The notes below the pieces were generated by a model. The model did no database searches. It was not told the origin of the DNA and was given only the letters and a program-made list of their open reading frames with translations. Positions 16,078-22,892 of a DNA stretch of 24,000 nt are shown piece after piece. The stretch covers positions 1 through 24,000 of the forward strand of contig JBIMKD010000272.1 in NCBI GenBank assembly GCA_043673815.1, written 5' to 3'. The DNA is from Chromatiales bacterium. Its GTDB lineage: Bacteria > Pseudomonadota > Gammaproteobacteria > JACCXJ01. The stretch's first letter is position 1, and every line of letters begins with the position of its first letter. A program made the translations under genes and the position numbers.

Positions 16078-16590
16078 ATGTATAACACAACTCCGGTAAG
16101 AATTGCCGTCTTTACCTGCGCGTTGACACTCGCAATTTCCGGCTGCGAGTCGGAGAAACCTGCCGTCGCGGAAGCGCCGAAGCCTGCCGTCGCGCCCCCC
16201 GCGCCCGTGCCAGCCGCATCCCGGCCGCTGTTCGAGCGCTTGGGCGGGCAAGAGGGGCTCACGGCCATCGTCGACGGACTCATGTCTAATATAGGCGCGG
16301 ACCCGCGGACCAGGCCTTACTTCACGAACGTCGATCTTCGCCGCTTCAAGACCAAGATGGTGGAATACCTGTGCGAGCAGACCGGGGGCCCCTGCAAGTA
16401 TACCGGCGGGGAGATGAAGGCCCGGCATGAACCGCACCAGATCGGCGATGCCGAATTCGACGCCTTCATGGAAGACCTGACAAAGAGCCTCGATAATAAA
16501 CAGGTCGCGCAGTCCGATAAGGATGAGCTCTTGGGGATCCTCGGCAAGCTGAGACCGGATGTGGTGGCCACCTATGGCGCCGGGCCCTGA
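16078..16590 (+). CDS. Group I truncated haemoglobin (trHbN-like) with a lipoprotein signal peptide
   Basis: N-terminus MYNTTPVRIAVFTCALTLAISGC ends in a lipobox-like ISGC. The globin core LFERLGG...FY...FTNVDL...KMVEYLCEQTGGPCKYTGGEMKARH matches bacterial 2-on-2 globins. Strong SD GAGGAGG upstream. Confidence 0.85.
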   Translation: MYNTTPVRIAVFTCALTLAISGCESEKPAVAEAPKPAVAPPAPVPAASRPLFERLGGQEGLTAIVDGLMSNIGADPRTRPYFTNVDLRRFKTKMVEYLCEQTGGPCKYTGGEMKARHEPHQIGDAEFDAFMEDLTKSLDNKQVAQSDKDELLGILGKLRPDVVATYGAGP

Positions 16591-16613
16591 CGCATCCCCC
16601 GCAACGCAAGGCG

Positions 16614-16630
16614 CCGCCGCGCTGCGGCGG
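16614..16630. terminator. GC-rich hairpin between convergent genes (candidate bidirectional terminator)
   Basis: CCGCCGC-GCT-GCGGCGG, a perfect 7-bp stem, lies between the trHb stop (16590) and the stop of the convergent hydrolase gene (16641). No U-tract follows on either strand, so confidence is low. Confidence 0.3.
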
Positions 16631-16640
16631 GCTATAAGAA

Positions 16641-17690
16641 TCACAACGCTTGGCGCTCATCCTCGGTAAAGAGCCGTAGGCGGTAAAGGCGCCAGGGGCC
16701 GGCATCCGCCCGCCGGCACATCCCGAAACGGAATGGAGGGAGCATCCCTGGCAGCGTGTAACGCAGATCGGTGAACCATACGCAGCCCTCTGCCCCGGCG
16801 CGGTCGACACGGTACAATGCGGGAAAACGCGCGAACTCGCGAAAACCTGCGAAGCCGTCCTGCGACCAGACCTCGCGCGCGAGCGGCGCCGTGCGGGGAT
16901 CGGCGCCGAAGCGCGGGTAGCGCGTCCAGCGCGCGGCGTCAGGCGCTACATAGGCGGCTGCCGTGGATGGAAATAGCCACGCGCCGGGGGACGCGAGCCC
17001 GTCCGGCCCGGCGAGCCGAAGATGGGTTTCGTAAACATCGAGCTCTCGTGAGACGATGATTTTCCAGTTGAACGGCGAGAACGGCTGCGCGATGGCGTGA
17101 ATCCCGGCCTCGCCGAGCGCCCGGCCGCGGACATAGGCGTGTCCGATGGCGAGCGCTTGTGTGTAGAGGAAATACTGCAAGCCGAGATAACTCCCGAGCA
17201 CGCCTAACGCCACGATCGCCGCGCGCCGGGCGTTCCATTTGAAAGAGACCACTAGCCCGATCAGGAGCATCCCGGAGAAAATGGGATCGATGACATAGGT
17301 GATCGGCAGGGTAACCCGGTGTTCCGAAAACGGCGCCCAGATCTGCGTGCCGTAGGCCGTAATCAAATCGCCCCCGATATGCGCGCTGATCCCGAGCACG
17401 CATAGCGGATAAAAAGCTTGCCATCCGTGCTCGCCGCGTAGCAGATACGGGCACGCCACAGCCACCAGACCCGCCCACAGCGGCATCAGCACCAGAGAAT
17501 GCGTCAGCCCTTGGTGTAGATTGAGATAGATCAGCGGAGCGGCCCAAAAAACCAGATAATCGATGTCGGGAAACGCCGCCGCGATAAAACCCGCCGACAC
17601 TCGTTGGCGCACGGGCACGCTGACAAATCGTGCCGCGCCGATGGCCTGGACCAGCAAAGCGCCGCTCAGGCCATGGGTGAAGGTATCCAA
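16641..17690 (-). CDS. YdjM/DUF457-type membrane-bound metal-dependent hydrolase with a C-terminal extension
   Basis: MDTFTHGLSGALL N-terminus, repeated His-containing TM segments (LHQGLTHSL, ISAHIGGDLITAYG) typical of the family, and multiple hydrophobic helices. It sits 9 nt downstream of the tetR gene. Confidence 0.75.
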   Translation of the reverse strand: MDTFTHGLSGALLVQAIGAARFVSVPVRQRVSAGFIAAAFPDIDYLVFWAAPLIYLNLHQGLTHSLVLMPLWAGLVAVACPYLLRGEHGWQAFYPLCVLGISAHIGGDLITAYGTQIWAPFSEHRVTLPITYVIDPIFSGMLLIGLVVSFKWNARRAAIVALGVLGSYLGLQYFLYTQALAIGHAYVRGRALGEAGIHAIAQPFSPFNWKIIVSRELDVYETHLRLAGPDGLASPGAWLFPSTAAAYVAPDAARWTRYPRFGADPRTAPLAREVWSQDGFAGFREFARFPALYRVDRAGAEGCVWFTDLRYTLPGMLPPFRFGMCRRADAGPWRLYRLRLFTEDERQAL

Positions 17691-17699
17691 CCAAGAGAT

Positions 17700-18323
17700 C
17701 TAAGCGGGCGGTTCGAGGCCACTACCGGGCACTGCCGCGCTTGGCCCCACCGTCGCGTGGGCGAAGCGTTCCGCGATGCCGAGCAGGCGCTCGAGCAACG
17801 CCTCCGTCGCGCCCGATCCCCGTGAATCGTCCCACATCCAGTAGCAGAACGTCGTGAGGTAAATGCCGGTCGTCGCCACCTCCTCAAATGCTCGTTGCAC
17901 ATAGGCGGCGTCGCGATGCGCCGCCTCGCGGAACCACTGCACGGTGCGGCTCACGCGCATGATCCCCGGAATCTGGATATGCAAGTGGCCCGGTTCGAGC
18001 TTGCCGGAGATCATCTGCCGGGTGACGCGCCGGTGCGGCGCTAAGGCGTTGAGCCAGGCCATGATGACGCGCTGCAAGCGTCGCCGGGTCGTCAGGCTAA
18101 GAAAGCCGGGCGCCGTGGCGGCGTGCAGCATCGCGGCGTCCGCACGGTCGAACCAGGCCTCGACGATATCCTCCTTTTCGCGGAAATAAACGCGCAGCTC
18201 ATCGAGCGTGATCCCCGCGGCCTCGGCCACCTCATGCAGGCGCACCACTTCCCACGAGCGCGGCTCGGCTAAAGCGAGGGCGGTATCAACGATCCTCTGT
18301 TTGAGATCCTGTTCGGGGTCCAA
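17700..18323 (-). CDS. TetR/AcrR-family transcriptional regulator
   Basis: N-terminal HTH RIVDTALALAEPRSWEVVRLHEVAEAAGITLDELRVYFREKEDIV, followed by a helical C-terminal ligand-domain-like region. Confidence 0.85.
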   Translation of the reverse strand: MDPEQDLKQRIVDTALALAEPRSWEVVRLHEVAEAAGITLDELRVYFREKEDIVEAWFDRADAAMLHAATAPGFLSLTTRRRLQRVIMAWLNALAPHRRVTRQMISGKLEPGHLHIQIPGIMRVSRTVQWFREAAHRDAAYVQRAFEEVATTGIYLTTFCYWMWDDSRGSGATEALLERLLGIAERFAHATVGPSAAVPGSGLEPPA

Positions 18324-18569
18324 CTGCGTGCGCTAAGGGTGACGATGGTACCTATGCTCAAGTATAGCGTTTAATTCTGAATACCCACCGTTTACGGCGG
18401 GCACTTTAGCATTGGGGTTTCCAAACGGGGAGTCGTGCAACTCTCCCAGCGCTTGCCGGCACTACCGCGAAGGCGGAAACTATGAAAAACCGGCGTAGTT
18501 CCAACGTCGTTCTGCGCTTCAAATGCTTAGTTCGGCCCTAACACGCGCCTGAGGGCGGAGGAGAAAAAA

Positions 18570-19334
18570 ATGGGCGAACGGAAAATCGTCACCATCCACT
18601 CCTATCGCGGCGGGACGGGGAAATCCAACATAACCGCCAACATCGCCGTTTGTGCTGAGGCAGCCGGCAAACGGGTGGCGGTGCTCGATACGGATCTGCA
18701 ATCGCCCGGGATCCACATCCTCTTCAACTTCGATCAAGAGCGGATCAAACTGACCTTATACGACTTCTTGCGGGGCAAGTGCACCATTGCCCAAGTCGCT
18801 TACGACGTCTCCGAGCATGGCAGTCCCGAAACCCCAGGGAAATGCTGGTTGGTACCGGCATCGTTGAACGCTCAGGCCATTACACAGCTCCTCGATGAAG
18901 GCTACGATATCAACCGGCTGAGCGACAACTTTGATGAATTGCTGGACGCCTTCGACCTCGATTACTTGTTCATCGACACCCACCCGGGGCTGAATAAGGA
19001 AACCATGCTCGCCGCCACGCTCTCGGACGTCCTGATCATCCTGATCCGGCCCGATCAGCAGGACTACTACGGCACGGCCGTATTGACCGAAATCGCGGCC
19101 AAGCTCGAGGTCCCAAAGGTTTACCTCATTGCCAATAAGGTGTACGCACGGCTCGATCCGGCCGAGCTACGGGCGCGCCTGCAAGAGGTCTTTGGCTGTG
19201 AGGTCCTGGGGTTGATCCCTTTGAGCGAAGACTTTGCTGAGCTCGCGAGCGAAGGCCTGTTCGTCCATCGCTATCCCGAGCACCCAATCAGCCTCAGCAT
19301 CCGGGACATTACCCAGCGTATACTGAGCACATGA
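18570..19334 (+). CDS. MinD/ParA/CbiA-superfamily P-loop ATPase with an atypical Walker A (SYRGGTGKS)
   Basis: KIVTIHSYRGGTGKSNITANIAVCAEAAGKRVAVLDTDLQSPG, followed by a Walker B-like YLFIDTHPG. SD GGAGGA upstream. Confidence 0.85.
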   Translation: MGERKIVTIHSYRGGTGKSNITANIAVCAEAAGKRVAVLDTDLQSPGIHILFNFDQERIKLTLYDFLRGKCTIAQVAYDVSEHGSPETPGKCWLVPASLNAQAITQLLDEGYDINRLSDNFDELLDAFDLDYLFIDTHPGLNKETMLAATLSDVLIILIRPDQQDYYGTAVLTEIAAKLEVPKVYLIANKVYARLDPAELRARLQEVFGCEVLGLIPLSEDFAELASEGLFVHRYPEHPISLSIRDITQRILST

Positions 19335-19383
19335 ATCCCGGCCGCCCGATGTCGATCGAGGCGTCATTCCCCGGTCGCTGATA

Positions 19384-20379
19384 ATGGCCACCGATCAAGA
19401 CCATGTCGCGCAGCTCATAGCGCAGCGCGAAGAGATCGAGGCGTCCTGCAATCCCTCACACTACCGTGTTCTAAAGCGCATTGCATCCAACCCGGACAAC
19501 CATCTGGCGATCGGCTTTGGTGCCGGAAGTGCGCCTGGCCTGGCCGGCAACCTCGCCCTTGCGGGTCTACTGAATGAGCTCGGGCTGCGACCGTTTATCA
19601 AGGAGATCTGGGGCGTCTCGGTGGGTGCCATCGTTGGTGGAGGCTGGAGTACCGGGCTATCCGTCGACCATATGCTGTCGCTCGCCGACGAGCTCGATCG
19701 CAAGGGCGCTGTGGATTTTGCTCGTTGGGAAGTCCTGGGGGCGGGACTGGCGCGTCTGCTTCTTTTCAAGCAATTACCCGACGGTCTGGTGCGCGGCCGC
19801 CGCTTTCGTCAGGCGATAGAACGCGGGCTTCCGGTCCAGCGCTTGGAAGACTGTGAAATACCCTTTCGTGCGATCGCCTGCACCGATGATGGGTATGCCC
19901 AAAAAGTCATCTTCCGCCAGGGGCCGTTAGTAAATGCCATCACGGCATCGATGTGCATCCCCGGCGTGCTGTTTCCGATCGCCGACTGGAACGGTCGAGA
20001 GCACGGTTATTTCGATGGCGCCGTGGTCGAAAAGACGCCCCTGCCTTCCATCATCGAAGAGCACCATCGGGAGGGGCGCAAGAGCCAACTGGTGGTGATC
20101 TGCACCCATTTCAGCGACTCGGGGCGCATCACGAAACCGGTGGGGTTTATTCAGCGCATGTTAAACGCCATGCACCACTTACAAGATGAGGTCTGGGAAT
20201 ACCAGGCGCTGAAGGCGCGCGAGGCGTCCAATTGCAAGTTTCTGGTCCTGAATCCGCACATGAAAGAGGGTACGGCCTTCGATTTTTCTGTGGTACGCTT
20301 CAACTATCTCTGGGCGAGAAAGATGTTCAAAGAACAACTCTCCAACGCCAAGCTCGCCACCCGTTTCGAGGCGAGGTGA
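19384..20379 (+). CDS. Patatin-like phospholipase family protein
   Basis: Glycine-rich loop GFGAGSAPG, nucleophile elbow GVSVG (Ser79) and catalytic YFDGAV (Asp211) occur in the order expected for the patatin Ser-Asp dyad. Confidence 0.85.
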   Translation: MATDQDHVAQLIAQREEIEASCNPSHYRVLKRIASNPDNHLAIGFGAGSAPGLAGNLALAGLLNELGLRPFIKEIWGVSVGAIVGGGWSTGLSVDHMLSLADELDRKGAVDFARWEVLGAGLARLLLFKQLPDGLVRGRRFRQAIERGLPVQRLEDCEIPFRAIACTDDGYAQKVIFRQGPLVNAITASMCIPGVLFPIADWNGREHGYFDGAVVEKTPLPSIIEEHHREGRKSQLVVICTHFSDSGRITKPVGFIQRMLNAMHHLQDEVWEYQALKAREASNCKFLVLNPHMKEGTAFDFSVVRFNYLWARKMFKEQLSNAKLATRFEAR

Positions 20380-20389
20380 AAGAGGTGAC

Positions 20390-22525
20390 ATGCCCGACCC
20401 AACTGAGCAGAAGGTAGCGACAGGGGTTGAGCAGGATGCTCAGGCGCAAGAGTCTGGCGCAGCTTCCTCTGCCACCCTTCGCCATGATTTGAGCCAACCG
20501 TTAAACCACATCCTCGGTTATAGCGAACTGTTATTGGAGGAGGCCAAGGGCGGGCAGCTAGAAACCTTCAGTGTTGATCTCCAGAAGATCCACACGGCCG
20601 CCACCACGCTCTTAGCCCTCATCGATTCGGTAGTTGTTTCGCCCAAACCCGGATCTGGCCCTCTGTCACCTGTCCCGCGTGTAGCCGGCGATCAATTCCA
20701 GCAACGAACTAAAGAACCCGACAGAGTGCCCGCGAGCGCTGGGCGTGAGATAGCCGCTCGCTCATTCGGGCACCTTATGGTCGTGGACGACGATGCGGTT
20801 AACCGCGACCTGCTGTCCAGGCGTTTGCGGCAGCAAGGCTATCAGGTCAGCATCGCAGAGCATGGCCGTCGGGCCTTGGAGTTGATCAAGGCCCAGCCGG
20901 TCGATCTCGTGTTACTCGATGTGCTCATGCCGGAGATGGATGGGTTCACCACCTGTGAGCGCCTCAAGGCAGATCCCGGAACCCAGAATATTCCAGTCAT
21001 CTTCATGACCGCACTGACCGACATCGTCGACAAGGTGAAGGGGTTTGAGCTCGGGGCCGTCGATTACATCACCAAGCCCTTCCAGCAGGAGGAGGTGCTC
21101 GCGCGCATTACCACCCATCTCGCACTCCAGCGGTTAAAGAGGAGCGTTCAGGAAAGCGAGGAACGGCTGTCGCGGATCATCGAGAGCGCAATGGACGCGA
21201 TCATTACGCTCGATGAAGCAGGTCGTATCGTCCTCTTCAATCGAGCGGCCGAGCGGGTGTTCCGCTGCCAGGCAACAGATACCATCGGCGGACCTGGTAA
21301 ACGGTTTTTCTCTGAAGGGTTGTACCGGGTGCTCGGCGAGTACGCGGGCGCGGACGAGACCCGCCCGAAGGTCCCCATCTGGGTGCCCGAGGGACACAGC
21401 GCGCTGCGCGCCGATGGCGAGGCCTTCCCCGTCGAGGCCACCATCTCCCATGCCGAGGCCAACGGCCAGCCGCTCTACACGCTTATCCTCCGCGATGTGC
21501 AGGAGCGCCACAAAGCGGAGGCCGAGCGCCGGCAGTTGCAGGGTCTTAATCGTTACCTCCAAGAGGAGCTGCGGGTGTCCCAGGCGGAGGAGGACCTCAT
21601 CGGCGCCTCCCAGGACTTGCGCGAGGTACTGGAGAGGGTCGAGCAAGTCGCCCCCACCGCCGCCACCGTGCTCATCCAGGGCGAGACCGGCACCGGCAAG
21701 GAGCTGATCGCGTGGACCATCCATACCCTCAGCCAGCGTAAAGACAAGGTCCTGGTCAAGCTCAACTGCGCCGCCATTCCCAACGGCCTGGTCGAAAGCG
21801 AGCTCTTCGGCCACGAGAAAGGGGCCTTTACCGGGGCGCTTTCCCGCAGGCTCGGCCGCTTCGAGCTTGCTGACCAGGGGACGCTATTTCTCGATGAAGT
21901 CGGCGAGCTGCCGCTCGCGGCGCAGGCCAAGCTCCTGCGCGTATTACAGGAAGGCGAGTTCGAGCGCGTCGGTGGAAGCGAGACCCGCAAAGTCGATGTC
22001 CGCGTCATTGCCGCCACCAACCGTGACCTCGTGACCCACGTGAAGGAGGGCAGCTTCCGCCCCGATCTCTTTTACCGCCTCAACGTCTTTCCCATCACGC
22101 TACCGCCCTTGCGCCAACGCAAGAAGGACCTGCCGCTGCTCATCAAGCACTTCGTGCGTACCTATGCCGAGAAGTACGGCAAGCGCATCGAGACCGTGCC
22201 CGCCCGGGCCATGACTGCCTTGCAGGCCCATGAGTGGCCGGGTAACGTTCGGGAGCTACAGCATGTGATCGAGCGGGCACTAATCCTCACCCGCGGGGCC
22301 GAGGTCGCCTTCGATGAGGAGTTTTTAGCCTCAGGGCCAGCGGGCCAGGGGAGTCCGCCTCCCATCGAGAGATTGGAGGAAGCCGAGCGGGCACATATCC
22401 TCAAGGCCCTGGAGCTAACCGGCTGGCGGGTGAGCGGCATGGGCGGCGCGGCCGAGCGTCTCGGCCTCAAACCCTCCACCCTGGAATTCCGCATGAAGAA
22501 ACTCGGCATCACCCGCCCCGCCTGA
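20390..22525 (+). CDS. Sigma-54-dependent Fis-family transcriptional activator with N-terminal H-box (HisKA-like) segment, REC, PAS, AAA+ and HTH domains
   Basis: LRHDLSQPLNHILGYSELLLEEAK (H-box, His32). REC with LVLLDVLMPEMDG (Asp177) and ITKP. PAS (RIIESAMDAIITLDEAGRIVLFNRAAERVF). AAA+ with GETGTGKE, ESELFGHEKGAFTGA (intact GAFTGA) and LFLDEVGE. C-terminal HTH AAERLGLKPSTLEFRMKKLGI. Confidence 0.92.
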   Translation: MPDPTEQKVATGVEQDAQAQESGAASSATLRHDLSQPLNHILGYSELLLEEAKGGQLETFSVDLQKIHTAATTLLALIDSVVVSPKPGSGPLSPVPRVAGDQFQQRTKEPDRVPASAGREIAARSFGHLMVVDDDAVNRDLLSRRLRQQGYQVSIAEHGRRALELIKAQPVDLVLLDVLMPEMDGFTTCERLKADPGTQNIPVIFMTALTDIVDKVKGFELGAVDYITKPFQQEEVLARITTHLALQRLKRSVQESEERLSRIIESAMDAIITLDEAGRIVLFNRAAERVFRCQATDTIGGPGKRFFSEGLYRVLGEYAGADETRPKVPIWVPEGHSALRADGEAFPVEATISHAEANGQPLYTLILRDVQERHKAEAERRQLQGLNRYLQEELRVSQAEEDLIGASQDLREVLERVEQVAPTAATVLIQGETGTGKELIAWTIHTLSQRKDKVLVKLNCAAIPNGLVESELFGHEKGAFTGALSRRLGRFELADQGTLFLDEVGELPLAAQAKLLRVLQEGEFERVGGSETRKVDVRVIAATNRDLVTHVKEGSFRPDLFYRLNVFPITLPPLRQRKKDLPLLIKHFVRTYAEKYGKRIETVPARAMTALQAHEWPGNVRELQHVIERALILTRGAEVAFDEEFLASGPAGQGSPPPIERLEEAERAHILKALELTGWRVSGMGGAAERLGLKPSTLEFRMKKLGITRPA

Positions 22526-22532
22526 TCGCTCA

Positions 22533-22561
22533 CAATATATTGGGACGCTCCCAAAATATTG
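22533..22561. promoter_or_regulatory. Imperfect palindrome CAATATATTGGGA-CGC-TCCCAAAATATTG, candidate enhancer (UAS) for a sigma-54 activator
   Basis: 13-nt arms with 1 mismatch and a 3-nt spacer, starting 8 nt after the activator stop and about 130 nt upstream of the -24 element at 22676. It is AT-rich and not followed by a U-tract, so it is a poor terminator. Confidence 0.4.
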
Positions 22562-22675
22562 CGACCAGAGGTCCCTGAAGCGGGTACCGTTTCTTCCTTC
22601 GCCTTCCTTATTAGATTGCAGCAATTCTTGTTAAGACAATAGGTTAAGCATAGCTTGCCAGGGCCTTCACGCGCC

Positions 22676-22690
22676 TGGTACAGGCCTTGC
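22676..22690 (+). promoter_or_regulatory. Sigma-54 (-24/-12) promoter candidate
   Basis: TGGTAC-AGGCC-TTGC matches TGGCAC-N5-TTGC at 9 of 10 defined positions with correct GG/GC spacing. It faces the small ORF and the nirA-family gene, and it lies downstream of a sigma-54 activator gene. Confidence 0.6.
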
Positions 22691-22769
22691 GCTAGAGAAT
22701 ACTGTGCGTGTCGAGACCAAGTAAAGCTCGATCACCGAATATCTGCAGAAACAATGGAGGAGCATCTCT

Positions 22770-22892
22770 ATGAACACCCAACGTTTCACGCCCAACATGC
22801 TCTCAAAGTTTAAAAATGGCTTGAATTCGTGGATTTCGCTTTGGCATTTCCTCCTACACCTAGAAAATCCGGATTTCTACGAAGGCCGATGA
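22770..22892 (+). CDS. Candidate 40-codon small ORF translationally coupled to the NirA-family gene
   Basis: GGAGGA lies 8 nt upstream of the ATG. It encodes [40 protein letters not shown], and its stop overlaps the next start (cgATGAct). It is below the 60-aa cutoff of the ORF track. There is no homology evidence. Confidence 0.35.
   Translation: MNTQRFTPNMLSKFKNGLNSWISLWHFLLHLENPDFYEGR

Noticed and set aside
18340-18356. A sigma-54-like string, TGGTACCTATGCTC, lies upstream of the ParA-like gene.
   Set aside because: The GC dinucleotide is 3 nt too close to the GG (spacing is wrong for -24/-12) and there is no TTGC. It is not a credible sigma-54 promoter.
18393-18412. An imperfect palindrome, CCCACCG-TTTA-CGGCGGG, lies in the tetR/ParA-like divergent intergenic region and could be a TetR operator.
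   Set aside because: It has only 7-nt arms with a mismatch and no second copy. It is plausible but cannot be supported from sequence alone.
18482-18541. A 19-codon ORF (MKNRRSSNVVLRFKCLVRP) lies just upstream of the ParA-like gene.
   Set aside because: It has only a weak SD, a basic low-complexity peptide, and no overlap or coupling with the next gene. It cannot be distinguished from a chance ORF.
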